DNA from: Alphaproteobacteria bacterium
GTDB taxonomy: Bacteria; Pseudomonadota; Alphaproteobacteria; GCA-2731375
DNA length: 64,000 bases
Reading direction: 5' to 3'
NCBI GenBank assembly: GCA_965232515.1
Contig: CBDDPY010000002.1
Location: forward strand, 4,256,001-4,320,000
Positions 54,044-64,000 of this stretch are shown piece after piece. The notes under the pieces were generated by a model that was not told the DNA's origin, ran no database searches, and worked only from the letters and a program-made list of their open reading frames with translations. How positions within the stretch are numbered: the stretch's first letter is position 1; each line of letters starts with the position of its first letter. The translations under genes were made by a program, and so were the position numbers.

Positions 54044-55288
54044 ATGAAGATAGAAAATACAGGTCCGCGAGTCCTGATCTATAGCCACGATACCATGGGG
54101 CTGGGGCATCTGCGCCGGTGTCGGACCATCGCGCACTCGCTGGTCGGGTGCTTTCCGGACATGTCGGTATTGATTCTGTCGGGCTCGCCGATCATCGGCA
54201 GCTTCGACTTTCGCGCGCGGGTCGACTTCGTGCGCATTCCCGGCGTCATCAAGCTGCGCAACGGCGAATACACCTCGCTCAACCTCGGCATCGGCTTCGA
54301 CCAGACGCTGTACATGCGGGCGCAGATCATTCAGCACACGGCCAGCACCTTCGCACCCGATCTGTTCATCGTCGACAAGGAACCGCTCGGCCTGCGCGGT
54401 GAGGTCGCCGACACATTGAAGGTGCTGAAGGCACGCGGCACGCGGCTGGTGCTGGGCCTGCGTGACGTCATGGACGAGCCCCGCAGCCTGGCGCCGGAAT
54501 GGCAACGCAAGAACGTGATGCCGGCGCTGAACAATCTCTACGACGACGTCTGGGTTTATGGCCTGCCGCAGATCTGCGATCCGCTGGAAGGCATCGACGT
54601 GCCGGTCGGCGTGCGCCGCAAGATGGTCTATACCGGTTATCTGCGCCGCAGCGTGCCGGAGGCGCAGCCGACGCGGCCGCTGCCGGAGATCGTCGACCGA
54701 CCCTATATCCTGGTCACCACCGGCGGCGGCGGCGACGGCGACTCGCTGATCGAGTGGGTGCTGCGCGCTTACGAGACCGACCAGCGGATGCTGTATCCGG
54801 CCCTGCTGGTGCTGGGCCCGTTCATGCAGCCGGAACGCCAGGCCGAGTTCATGGCCCGCGCAGGCCGGCTGGCAAACGTCGAGGCCATCACCTTCGACGC
54901 CCAGATGGAACAGCTGGAGGCGAACGCCGTCGGCGTCGTGGCCATGGGCGGCTACAACACTTTTTGTGAGATCCTGAGCCTGGACAAACGGGCGCTGATC
55001 GTGCCGCGCACGGTGCCGCGTCTGGAGCAGCTGATCCGCGCCCGGCGCGGGCAGGAACTGGGCCTGGTGCGCATGCTGGAAGACGACGGCAAGCTGGAGC
55101 CGGAGGTCATGGCCAAGGCGCTGCGCGAGCTGCCCTATCAGAACCGGCCGTCCGACGTCGTCGTACCGGGCCTGCTGGAAGGCCTCGACAACGTCAACAA
55201 GCTGGTGCAGCCCTGGCTCGATGCGACCGCCGCCGACAGCGTCGCCGCCAATGACATCGAAACGGCCTATCCCTATTCGGCCGGCTGA
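54044..55288 (+). CDS. GT-B glycosyltransferase (GT28 C-terminal-like)
   Basis: YSHDTMGLGHLRR, TGGGGDG, MGGYNT, PRLEQ. Confidence 0.85.
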   Translation: MKIENTGPRVLIYSHDTMGLGHLRRCRTIAHSLVGCFPDMSVLILSGSPIIGSFDFRARVDFVRIPGVIKLRNGEYTSLNLGIGFDQTLYMRAQIIQHTASTFAPDLFIVDKEPLGLRGEVADTLKVLKARGTRLVLGLRDVMDEPRSLAPEWQRKNVMPALNNLYDDVWVYGLPQICDPLEGIDVPVGVRRKMVYTGYLRRSVPEAQPTRPLPEIVDRPYILVTTGGGGDGDSLIEWVLRAYETDQRMLYPALLVLGPFMQPERQAEFMARAGRLANVEAITFDAQMEQLEANAVGVVAMGGYNTFCEILSLDKRALIVPRTVPRLEQLIRARRGQELGLVRMLEDDGKLEPEVMAKALRELPYQNRPSDVVVPGLLEGLDNVNKLVQPWLDATAADSVAANDIETAYPYSAG

Positions 55289-55296
55289 GGGCCGCC

Positions 55297-56556
55297 TTGG
55301 CGATTGCGTTCGTCCTCAAGGGCTATCCCCGGCTTTCGGAGACGTTCATCGCTCAGGAGATGCTGGCGCTGGAACGGCGCGGCCTCGACATCCGCATTGT
55401 TTCGCTGCGGCATCCGACGGACCGTAAGCGTCATCCGATCACCGATCAGATCAAGGCCGGCGTCAACTATCTGCCGGAATACCTCTATCAGGAGCCGCTT
55501 CGGGTCTGGCGGGCCTGGCGCGCGGTGCGGGCCTGGCCGCGCTACGCGCATGCACGCCGGCAATGGCTGGCCGACCTGCGCCGCGATGTCACGCCCAACC
55601 GAGTCCGGCGCTTCGGCCAGGCGCTGGTGCTGGCCCACGAACTGCCGGCCGACGTGACGGCGCTGCACGCGCACTTCCTGCACACGCCGGCCTCCGTCGC
55701 CCGCTACGCGGCCATGCTGACCGGCCTGCCGTGGTCGGGCTCGGCGCACGCCAAGGACATCTGGACGACGCCGGACTGGGAGAAGCGCGAGAAGCTGGCC
55801 GACTGCGGCTGGCTGGTCACCTGCAGCACCGCGGCGGCGGAACACCTGTCGGCGCTGGCGCCCGACGGCAATGCGCACGACACGGTCGCGCTGGTCTATC
55901 ACGGTCTCGATCTCACGCGATTTCCGCCGCGGCCGGACCCGCCATCGGCGCGCGACGGCCGCGATTCGGCCGATCCCGTGCGGCTGCTGTCGGTCGGCCG
56001 CGCCGTTCCGAAGAAAGGCTATGACGACCTGATCGACGCGCTGGCGCGGCTGCCGGCTGACCTGCACTGGCGGCTGACCCATATCGGCGGCGGCCCGGAC
56101 CTCAAGGTCCTGAAACGACGCGCTGAAAGGGCCGGGATCGCCGATCGCATCGACTGGCGCGGGCCACAGCCCCAGGACGCGGTGCTGACCGCCTATCGCG
56201 ACGGCGACTTGTTCGTCCTGGCAAGCCGCATCCACGACGATGGCGACCGCGACGGCCTGCCGAACGTGCTGCTGGAAGCACAGAGCCAAGCATTGGCCTG
56301 CATCGCCAGCAACGTCTCGGCCATTCCCGAAGCGATCGAAGACGGTGTCACCGGCCTGCTGCCGCCGCCGCGCGCGCCGGCCGAGATGGCGGCGGCCATC
56401 GCGGCGCTCGCCGCCGATCCCCAACGCCGCAACGCCATTGGCGCGGCCGGCGCCGCCCGCATCGCCGAGCGCTTCTCGCTGGAGCGCTGCGTCGCGCCCC
56501 TGCTGGCGAAGTTCGGGCTCGAAAACGAGACGCCGGCGGCACGGCGGCGGGCCTGA
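55297..56556 (+). CDS. Glycosyltransferase family 4
   Basis: KGYPRLSETFI, VGRAVPKKG, DGLPNVLLEA. Confidence 0.9.
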   Translation: MAIAFVLKGYPRLSETFIAQEMLALERRGLDIRIVSLRHPTDRKRHPITDQIKAGVNYLPEYLYQEPLRVWRAWRAVRAWPRYAHARRQWLADLRRDVTPNRVRRFGQALVLAHELPADVTALHAHFLHTPASVARYAAMLTGLPWSGSAHAKDIWTTPDWEKREKLADCGWLVTCSTAAAEHLSALAPDGNAHDTVALVYHGLDLTRFPPRPDPPSARDGRDSADPVRLLSVGRAVPKKGYDDLIDALARLPADLHWRLTHIGGGPDLKVLKRRAERAGIADRIDWRGPQPQDAVLTAYRDGDLFVLASRIHDDGDRDGLPNVLLEAQSQALACIASNVSAIPEAIEDGVTGLLPPPRAPAEMAAAIAALAADPQRRNAIGAAGAARIAERFSLERCVAPLLAKFGLENETPAARRRA

Positions 56557-56566
56557 CCGACGCGCC

Positions 56567-57676
56567 ATGCGCATCGCCTTCTACGCGCCGCTGAAAGCGC
56601 CGACGCACGAAACGCCGTCCGGCGACCGCCGCATGGCGCGGCTGCTGCAGGCGGCGCTTCAAGCCGCCGGTCACGAGGTGACGCTGGCCTCCGACTTCCG
56701 CAGCTTCGACCGCGACGGCGATCCGGCGCGGCAGGCGCGCCTGAAAGACGCGGGCACGGACATCGCCGCCGACCTGATCGCCGACTACAAAACGTCGGCG
56801 ACGCCGCCCGAGGCCTGGTTCACCTATCACCTCTATCACAAGGCGCCGGACTGGCTGGGACCCACCGTGGCCAGGGCACTGGCGATCCCCTATCTGGTCG
56901 CCGAACCGTCATTCGCGCCGAAGCGCGCCGGCGGCCCCTGGGACCTGGGCCATCAAGCCGCGGCAAAAGCGATCGCCGACGCCGATCGGCTGTTCTGCCT
57001 GACGCGGCTGGACATGGCCTGCATCGCGCCGCTGTTGTCGCACCCGGACCGCATGGCCTTCCTGCCGCCGTTCCTGGACGCCGCGCCGTTCGCCGCCGCC
57101 CGGCCCCGACGCGACACGCTGGCCCCACGCTTCGGGCTCGATCCGGACAAACGCTGGCTGCTGGCCGTCGGCATGATGCGGCCGGGCGACAAGTGGCAGT
57201 CGTTCCAGCGCCTGGGCGCGGCGATGACGGAACTCGACGGCGATGGCTGGCAGCTGCTGGTGGTCGGCGACGGCGAGCTGCGCGCCGAGGTGGAAGCGGC
57301 GCTACCGGGCGCCGCGTTCGCCGGCGCGCTGCCGGCGGCCGAACTGGCGGACGTCTATGCCAGTTGCGACCTCTATGTCTGGCCGGCCGTGGGCGAGGCT
57401 TACGGCATGGCCCTGCTGGAAGCGCAGGCGACCGGCCTGCCGGTGGTCGCCGGCAACGAGCGCGGCGTGCCGGACGTGGTCCGGGACGGCGAGACCGGCC
57501 TGCTGACACCGCCGGGCGACATGGCCGCTTTCGCCGACGCCATCGCCGACCTGCTGCGGGACGACGACCGGCGGGCGGCCATGGGCCGGGCGGCCGCGGC
57601 CTTCGTGCGCGACGAGCGCACCGTCGCGGCTGCCGCGGTCCAACTCGATGCCGGCTTACACGCGGTAACGCCATGA
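56567..57676 (+). CDS. Glycosyltransferase family 4
   Basis: MRIAFYAPLK...SGDRRMAR, EAYGMALLEAQATGLPVV. Confidence 0.9.
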   Translation: MRIAFYAPLKAPTHETPSGDRRMARLLQAALQAAGHEVTLASDFRSFDRDGDPARQARLKDAGTDIAADLIADYKTSATPPEAWFTYHLYHKAPDWLGPTVARALAIPYLVAEPSFAPKRAGGPWDLGHQAAAKAIADADRLFCLTRLDMACIAPLLSHPDRMAFLPPFLDAAPFAAARPRRDTLAPRFGLDPDKRWLLAVGMMRPGDKWQSFQRLGAAMTELDGDGWQLLVVGDGELRAEVEAALPGAAFAGALPAAELADVYASCDLYVWPAVGEAYGMALLEAQATGLPVVAGNERGVPDVVRDGETGLLTPPGDMAAFADAIADLLRDDDRRAAMGRAAAAFVRDERTVAAAAVQLDAGLHAVTP

Positions 57677-58263
57677 CGCTGCTGGCGTTGCTCCGTCACG
57701 GCCGAACCGCATGGAACGCGGCCGGACGGCTGCAGGGCCGAGAGGACATCGCGCTGAGCCCCGAGGGCCGGGCGGAACTGACAGGTCGGCATCTGCCGGC
57801 GGCGCTGGCGGATGCGCGCTGGCACGTCAGCCCACTGCGCCGCGCGCGCGAGACCGCGGCACTGTTGGGCGGCAGCGACGACGCGATCGAACCCGCCCTG
57901 ATCGAGATGGATTTCGGCGCCTACGAGGGCCGGCGGCTGGCCGACCTCCGGGCCGAGCTGGGCGCGGATCTGGCGCGGAACGAGGCCCGCGGCCTCGACT
58001 TCCTGCCGCCGGGCGGCGAGAGCCCGCGCATGGTCCAGACACGGCTGCGGCCCTGGCTGGCCACCATCGCCGCCGAGGGCGGCCGGCATGTCGCGATCTG
58101 CCACAAAGCAGTGATCCGGGCCATGCTGTCGCTGGCCTACGACTGGCCGATGCTGGACAAGCCACCGGTGAAACTGGACTGGACTTGCCTGCATCTGTTT
58201 ATTCTCGACGCCGATGGCCGCCCGCGGCCGCAACAGATGAACCTGCCGTTGGAGCGCGAATGA
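57673..58263 (+). CDS. Histidine phosphatase family protein
   Basis: LRHGRTAWN, SPLRRARET, PGGES, ICH. Confidence 0.9.
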   Translation: MTLLALLRHGRTAWNAAGRLQGREDIALSPEGRAELTGRHLPAALADARWHVSPLRRARETAALLGGSDDAIEPALIEMDFGAYEGRRLADLRAELGADLARNEARGLDFLPPGGESPRMVQTRLRPWLATIAAEGGRHVAICHKAVIRAMLSLAYDWPMLDKPPVKLDWTCLHLFILDADGRPRPQQMNLPLERE

Positions 58264-59423
58264 GCCGCCACCGCGTAATGTTCTACGTCCAGCACCTGCT
58301 GGGCATCGGCCACCAGCGCCGCGGCGCCACCTTGACCCGGGCGATGACGGCGGCCGGCCTTGACGTCGGCTTCGTCTCCGGCGGACACGAGATCCCGAAC
58401 CTGGACCTGGGCGGCGCCCGGCTGATGCAGTTGCCGGCGACGCGGGCCGTCGACCTCTATTTCAAGAAGCTGGTGGACGAGAACGAGCGGCCAATCGACG
58501 ACGACTGGCGCAACCGGCGGCGCGACATCCTGCTGGACTATTGGCGCGACTTCCAACCCGACGTGCTGATCTTCGAGCTGTTTCCGTTCGGCCGCCGCCA
58601 AATGCGCTTCGAGCTGCTGCCGCTGCTGGACGCGGCGCACGCGCTGCCGCGGCGGCCAGCCGTGGTCTGCTCGGTGCGCGACATCCTGGTGGCGCCGCCG
58701 AAGCCCGAGCGCGAGCTGGAGATGCTGGACCGCATCGAGCGTTATTTCGACCATGTGCTGGTGCACGGCGATCCTGATCTGATCCCGTTCGGCCGCACCT
58801 TTCCGCACGCCGACGAGATCGCCGACAAGCTGCATTACACCGGCTATGTGGTCGATTCCTCGGGCCGGCGCGGCGGCCCCGGCGATCCGGGTTGGGAGGA
58901 GGTCGTGGTTTCCGCCGGCGGCGGCGCCGTTGGCAGCCAGCTGCTGCGCGCCGCCATGCAGGCGCGCGCCGACACGCGCCTGAAGAACCGGACCTGGCGG
59001 GTGCTGGTCGGCGTCAAGGTCGAGGCGGACGAATTCGAGGCGATGCGCCGCGACGCGCCCGACGGCGTGATCGTCCAGCGGGCGCGCGGCGATTTCACCA
59101 GCCTGTTGATGAACTGCACGCTGTCAATCAGCCAGGCCGGCTACAACACGGTGATGGAGGCCATGCGGGCCGGTTGCCGCGCCGTTGTTGTGCCCTATGC
59201 CGGCGGCCTGGAGACCGAGCAGACATTGCGCGCGGAGCTGCTGGCCGAGCGCGGCGTGCTGCAGACCGTGCCCGAGAGCGACATCACGCCCGAAAACATC
59301 GCCGCCGCCGTCGAGCGCGCCATGGACGGCGCGCCGGCGAGCGCCGCCGGCATCCGCTGCGATGGGGCCGAGGAATCGGCCCGGCTGGTCGCGGCCTGGG
59401 CGGCGGACGGCACCGGCGCCTGA
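58260..59423 (+). CDS. GT-B glycosyltransferase (GT28 C-terminal-like)
   Basis: YVQHLLGIGH, FPFGRRQMRFEL, SAGGGAVG, SQAGYNT, ETEQ. Confidence 0.85.
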   Translation: MSRHRVMFYVQHLLGIGHQRRGATLTRAMTAAGLDVGFVSGGHEIPNLDLGGARLMQLPATRAVDLYFKKLVDENERPIDDDWRNRRRDILLDYWRDFQPDVLIFELFPFGRRQMRFELLPLLDAAHALPRRPAVVCSVRDILVAPPKPERELEMLDRIERYFDHVLVHGDPDLIPFGRTFPHADEIADKLHYTGYVVDSSGRRGGPGDPGWEEVVVSAGGGAVGSQLLRAAMQARADTRLKNRTWRVLVGVKVEADEFEAMRRDAPDGVIVQRARGDFTSLLMNCTLSISQAGYNTVMEAMRAGCRAVVVPYAGGLETEQTLRAELLAERGVLQTVPESDITPENIAAAVERAMDGAPASAAGIRCDGAEESARLVAAWAADGTGA

Positions 59424-59425
59424 CC

Positions 59426-60193
59426 ATGGCGAGGTGGCGCGATCTCGAGGCCGAACTGGCGGCCTGGGCCGCCGATGGCCGCACGGCCGCATTCTGGTGG
59501 CGCGACGACGATGCCCGCACAGCGACGCCGGCGCTGGACCGGCTGCTGGCCCTCGCCGAAGACGCCGATGTGCCGCTGACGCTCGCCGTGGTACCGGCCG
59601 ACGCCGACCGCGCACTGGTCCGGCGGCTGAACGGCCTCGACCTGGCGGATGTGGCGCCGCACGGCCTGCGGCACGCCAACCACGCGCCGGCCGACCAGAA
59701 AAAGGCCGAATTCGGCGCCCATCGGGCCACAGACCTGATGCTGGCGGAGATTGGCGAGGGCCGGCGGCGGCTGCGCGAGCTGTTCGGCGACCGCGCCCGG
59801 CCGGTATTCGTGCCGCCGTGGAACCGCATCGCGCCCGACCTGGTCGACGGCCTGGCGGCGATCGGATTCACGGGCCTGTCCCGCTTCGGCGCACGCGCTC
59901 GTGCCGCCCCGGCGCCTGGCCTGAGCGAGGGCAATTGCCATATCGATGTCATTAACTGGCGGCAAGGTGGCGGCTTCGTCGGCACCGCGGTCGCGCTGGA
60001 TCAGGTCGTCCGTCATCTGTCGGACCGACGCCTGGGCGCGGCCGACCCGGTGGAGCCGACCGGCCTGATGACGCACCATCTGGCGATGGACGAGGATTGT
60101 TGGGGCTTTACCGCGCAACTGATTGATTTTATTAAGAAGAGTGAGACGGCGTGCTGGTATTCAATGCAACATAACTTCCGCCTTCCGGCATGA
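59426..60193 (+). CDS. Polysaccharide deacetylase family protein
   Basis: WWRDDD, PHGLRHANH, FVPPWNRI, THH. Confidence 0.85.
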   Translation: MARWRDLEAELAAWAADGRTAAFWWRDDDARTATPALDRLLALAEDADVPLTLAVVPADADRALVRRLNGLDLADVAPHGLRHANHAPADQKKAEFGAHRATDLMLAEIGEGRRRLRELFGDRARPVFVPPWNRIAPDLVDGLAAIGFTGLSRFGARARAAPAPGLSEGNCHIDVINWRQGGGFVGTAVALDQVVRHLSDRRLGAADPVEPTGLMTHHLAMDEDCWGFTAQLIDFIKKSETACWYSMQHNFRLPA

Positions 60194-60681
60194 CGGGCCA
60201 TCGCTATCCGCACGGCGCGCTGGTGGCCGACTATGCGCGCGCCGGACTCGGCTTCGTGATAACGGCCGGTTTAGCCTTCTTTGCGCAAATAGCACCTGTG
60301 GTAACGTACATCCTGAGCGCCCTGGCGATGGTTTTTCTGCTGTACGGCGTTCGCACCGCCATTCGACAGCAGACAAGAATCGAAATAGGCGAACAGGGGA
60401 TTGAAGCCGCCGGACCGATGGGCGCGAGCATCGCTTGGGGGGAATTGACCGATGTGCAGTTGCGTTACTATTCGACCCGGCGGGACAGGCAGGACGGCTG
60501 GATGCAGCTAGGTGTAAAAGGTGCGGGGCGTACCATCAAAGTCGATTCCACCCTTGACGGCTTCGACGACGTCGTCGCCAGCGTGGTCGCGGCGGCCGAG
60601 CGCAAGGGCCTGACCTTTGGCGAGCCGACGTTGGAGAACCTGAGGTCGATGGGCCTCGCCAGTCCGGCGGAGACGCCCTGA
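60190..60681 (+). CDS. Hypothetical two-TM membrane protein
   Basis: Two N-terminal TMs plus a beta-rich domain (LRYYSTRRD..GWMQL); coupled to both neighbours. Confidence 0.75.
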   Translation: MTGHRYPHGALVADYARAGLGFVITAGLAFFAQIAPVVTYILSALAMVFLLYGVRTAIRQQTRIEIGEQGIEAAGPMGASIAWGELTDVQLRYYSTRRDRQDGWMQLGVKGAGRTIKVDSTLDGFDDVVASVVAAAERKGLTFGEPTLENLRSMGLASPAETP

Positions 60682-62570
60682 TGGCGAATGTCCTGCGGGT
60701 GCGCGACCTCGCCGTCGAGTTCCGGGTCGCCGAGGGGCTGATCCGGGCGGTCGACGGGGTCTCGTTCACGGTGCCGCAGGGCAAGACGGTGGCGCTGGTC
60801 GGCGAGTCCGGCTCCGGCAAGAGCGTGGTCAGCCAGACCATCATGCGGATCCTGCCGAAGGTCGCGAACATCGCCGGCGGCGAAGTGCTGTTCTTCGATC
60901 CCGACAAGCCGGGCTCGTTCGTCGATATCACCCGCCTTGGCGCCCAGAGCCGGGACATGCGCATGATCCGCGGCGGCCGGATCTCGATCATCTTTCAGGA
61001 GCCGATGACCTCGCTGTCGCCGCTGCACACGATTGGCGACCAGATTTCCGAGGCGCTGCACCTGCATCGCGACGTCGACAAGGCGACCGGCCTGGAGATG
61101 GTCGCCGACATGCTGCACATGGTCGGGTTTCCCGACGCCAAGCAGGCGGTCTACAAGTATCCGTTCGAGCTGTCCGGCGGCCTGCGGCAGCGCGCCATGA
61201 TCGCCATGGCGCTGATCTGCCGGCCGGCGCTGCTGATCGCCGACGAGCCGACCACGGCGCTGGACGTGACGATCCAGGCCCAGATCCTGAAGCTGATGCA
61301 CGACCTGCAGAAGGAACTGGGCATGGCCGTGCTGATGATCACCCACGACCTGGGCGTCGTCGCTAACGTCGCCGAGGAAGTGATCGTCATGTACCACGGC
61401 AAGGTGATGGAGCGCGGCAGCGTCGCCGACATCTTCCGCAAGCCCGAGCATCCCTATCTGAAGGCGCTGCTGCAGGCCGTGCCGCGGTTCGGCATGAAGC
61501 CCGGCGAGCGCCTGACGCCGCTGCGCGAGATCAAGGCCGAGGCCGGCGGACTGCTGCGGCAGAAGGCGCCCTGGCCGGCCGACGCCGACAAGTCGGGACC
61601 GCTGCTGCAGGTCGAGCATCTGAGCAAATCCTTCACCACGCGCAAGCGCAGCATGTTCGGCGGCCAGCCGGGCGGCGCGGTCATGGCGGTCGACGACGTC
61701 AGCTTTCACATCGAACGCGGCGAGTGCCTGGGTCTGGTCGGCGAGAGCGGCTGCGGCAAGACCACGACGTCAAAGATGATCATGCGGGCGGTGTCGCCGG
61801 ATTCCGGCGGCTTGAAGCTGAACGACCACGGCAAGATCGTCGACGTGCTGGCGCTGAAGGACGACGACCTGTTCCGGTTCCGCCGCAAGGTGCAGTTCAT
61901 CTTCCAGGACCCGTTTTCGGCCCTGAACCCGCGCATGACGGTGTTCGACATCGTCGCCGAGCCACTGGTGATCCACAACATCGGCAACCAGGAAGAACGG
62001 TTCGAGCGGGTCAAGGAGCTGATGACGCTGGTCGGCCTGGACGTACGCTTCCTGCGCCGTTATCCGCACAGCTTCTCCGGCGGCCAGCGCCAGCGCATCG
62101 GCATCGCCCGGGCGCTCGCCCTGCAGCCGGACCTGCTGATCTGCGACGAACCGGTCTCGGCGCTGGACGTCAGCGTGCAGGCGCAGGTGCTGAACCTGCT
62201 GAAGGACCTGCAGGAAGAGCTCGGCCTGACCTACCTCTTCATCTCGCACAACCTGGCTGTCGTCGACTATATCGCCGACCGCATCGCCGTGATGTGCGCC
62301 GGCCGCCTGGTCGAGATGGCGCCGCGCGAGGAGCTGTTCCAGAACCCGGCGCACCCCTACACCAAGGCGCTGCTGGCGGCCGTGCCCAAGGCCGACCCCG
62401 GCGCCCGACTGGACCTGACGCTGTTGATGGAGGGCAAGGCGTCCGATCCCATGGCCTGGCCCGCGCCGTTCACGCTGGACGGCACGACGCCGGTCGACCT
62501 GATCGACATCGGCCGCGGCCACTATGTCCGCGCCGCCGTCGATCTGAGAGAACAAAAAGTGGCGGAATAA
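60681..62570 (+). CDS. Peptide/nickel-type ABC importer, double ATP-binding protein
   Basis: GESGSGKS and [16 protein letters not shown] and [16 protein letters not shown] and DEPVSALD. Confidence 0.95.
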   Translation: MANVLRVRDLAVEFRVAEGLIRAVDGVSFTVPQGKTVALVGESGSGKSVVSQTIMRILPKVANIAGGEVLFFDPDKPGSFVDITRLGAQSRDMRMIRGGRISIIFQEPMTSLSPLHTIGDQISEALHLHRDVDKATGLEMVADMLHMVGFPDAKQAVYKYPFELSGGLRQRAMIAMALICRPALLIADEPTTALDVTIQAQILKLMHDLQKELGMAVLMITHDLGVVANVAEEVIVMYHGKVMERGSVADIFRKPEHPYLKALLQAVPRFGMKPGERLTPLREIKAEAGGLLRQKAPWPADADKSGPLLQVEHLSKSFTTRKRSMFGGQPGGAVMAVDDVSFHIERGECLGLVGESGCGKTTTSKMIMRAVSPDSGGLKLNDHGKIVDVLALKDDDLFRFRRKVQFIFQDPFSALNPRMTVFDIVAEPLVIHNIGNQEERFERVKELMTLVGLDVRFLRRYPHSFSGGQRQRIGIARALALQPDLLICDEPVSALDVSVQAQVLNLLKDLQEELGLTYLFISHNLAVVDYIADRIAVMCAGRLVEMAPREELFQNPAHPYTKALLAAVPKADPGARLDLTLLMEGKASDPMAWPAPFTLDGTTPVDLIDIGRGHYVRAAVDLREQKVAE

Positions 62571-62592
62571 AAAACCGACAAGATGAGACATC

Positions 62593-64000
62593 ATGAGGCT
62601 TCACAAACTCTTTGGCGTGGCGGTTTTGGCCGCGTTGATCACGGCGCCGGCAGCGGCCCTCGAACTGCAGGAAGTGCCGATGTTCGAGGCGGACGTCGGC
62701 GCCGGCAAGCTGCCGCCGATTCGGGAGCGCGTACCGAAGACGCCGTCCGTCGTTAGTTTCGACGGCGACGGCAAACGCGTCGGCCGCTACGGCGGCGAGC
62801 TGCGCACGCTGATCTCGCGCGCCAAAGACATCCGTCTGCTGGTCGTCTACGGCTATGCCCGCCTGGTTGCTTACAACCAGAACTTCGAGATCGTGCCGGA
62901 CATCCTGGAATCCTTCGACATCGAGGAAGGCCGGATTTTCACGCTCAAGCTGCGGGAAGGCCACCGCTGGTCGGATGGCACGCCGTTCACGTCCGAGGAC
63001 TTCCGCTATTGGTGGGAAGACGTGGCCAACAACGAACGGCTGTCGCCGTCGGGTCCGCCGCGAGCGATGTGGGTCGGCGACGAAAAGCCGGTGTTCGAGG
63101 TGCTGGACGACCGCACTGTGCGTTACACCTGGACGAAACCGAACCCGTTCTTCCTGCCGCGGCTGGCCGGCGCCTCGCCGCTCTATATCTTCCGGCCGGC
63201 GCATTACCTGCGGCCGTACCACGAGAAGTACAGCGACGCCGATGAGCTGAAAAAGCGCCTGCGGGCGGCACGGACCCGGAACTGGGCGTCGCTGCACAAC
63301 CGGCTCGACAACATGTACCGCTTCGACAACCCGGACCTGCCGACCCTGCAGCCCTGGGTGAACACCTCGAGGCCGCCGGCCACCCGCTTCGTCGCCAGCC
63401 GCAATCCCTATTATCACCGCGTCGATCCAGAAGGCCGGCAGCTGCCCTATATCGACCGGGTCGTGCTGAGCGTCGCCGACGGCAAGCTGATCCCGGCCAA
63501 GGCCGGCACCGGCGAGGCCGACCTGCAGGCCCGCAACCTTGCCTTCAACAACTACACGTTTTTGCGCGAGAACGAGGACGCCAACCGGTTCAAGACCAAC
63601 CTCTGGCGCATCGCCAAGGGCGCGCATATCGCGCTGTTCCCGAACCTGAACGCCAGCGATCCGGTCTGGCGCGAACTGATGCGCGACGTCCGCTTTCGGC
63701 GCGCGCTGAGCCTGGGCATCGACCGCTCGATCATCAATGAATCGCTCTATTTCGGCGTCGCGCTGGAGTCCAACAACACCGTGCTGCCGGACAGCCCGCT
63801 GTTCCGCGAGGAATACCAGACCATGTGGGCCGAGTACGATCCCGACCAGGCCGAAGACCTGCTGGACGAGATCGGGTTGAGCGAATTCAACGACGAGGAC
63901 GTGCGGCTGCTGCCGGACGGCCGGCCGCTGGAGATCATCGTCGAGACCGCCGGCGAGGATACCGAGCAGACCGACGTGCTGGAGCTGGTCCGCGAGACCT
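62593..64000 (+). CDS. ABC transporter substrate-binding protein family 5 (partial, runs off window)
   Basis: Manual translation MRLHKLFGVAVLAALITAPAAA-LELQEVP...GKLPPIRERVP...YGG...LREGHRWSDGTPFTSEDF...QLPYIDR. Confidence 0.9.
   Translation, partial: MRLHKLFGVAVLAALITAPAAALELQEVPMFEADVGAGKLPPIRERVPKTPSVVSFDGDGKRVGRYGGELRTLISRAKDIRLLVVYGYARLVAYNQNFEIVPDILESFDIEEGRIFTLKLREGHRWSDGTPFTSEDFRYWWEDVANNERLSPSGPPRAMWVGDEKPVFEVLDDRTVRYTWTKPNPFFLPRLAGASPLYIFRPAHYLRPYHEKYSDADELKKRLRAARTRNWASLHNRLDNMYRFDNPDLPTLQPWVNTSRPPATRFVASRNPYYHRVDPEGRQLPYIDRVVLSVADGKLIPAKAGTGEADLQARNLAFNNYTFLRENEDANRFKTNLWRIAKGAHIALFPNLNASDPVWRELMRDVRFRRALSLGIDRSIINESLYFGVALESNNTVLPDSPLFREEYQTMWAEYDPDQAEDLLDEIGLSEFNDEDVRLLPDGRPLEIIVETAGEDTEQTDVLELVRET

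Overview
GC-rich alphaproteobacterial chromosome, probably Rhodospirillales-like; this is inferred from gene content and synteny. Bases 1-12356 are the right part of an integrated phage-related element that abuts the 3' end of a tRNA-Gly(GCC) gene. It carries an HTH switch, a podovirus-type tail fibre, two probable DNA-ejection proteins, three different terminase small-subunit-like genes in tandem, a 35-codon stump of a large terminase, and cargo including a HEPN-motif protein. No capsid, portal, intact TerL or integrase is visible in the window, so it may be a multi-helper phage satellite or a degraded prophage. The core region has proX-like, cnoX, Lon-N, Trm112, DUF971, ubiH, glnK-amtB, dapC-ftsK-lolA and xth genes. 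A ~13.7 kb catabolic block lies between lolA and xth: puuD/puuA-like genes; an AraC regulator with two QueG/RdhA-like proteins and a CoA ligase; and a MarR regulator with a reductase, SDR, PaaA-like diiron protein, gentisate dioxygenase and FAH. Further right are rtcB with a candidate leader-peptide attenuator, a TRAP-GMC operon, pip, and a glycosyltransferase/ABC/cNMP cluster running off the right end. All calls come from reading motifs; no database searches were run.
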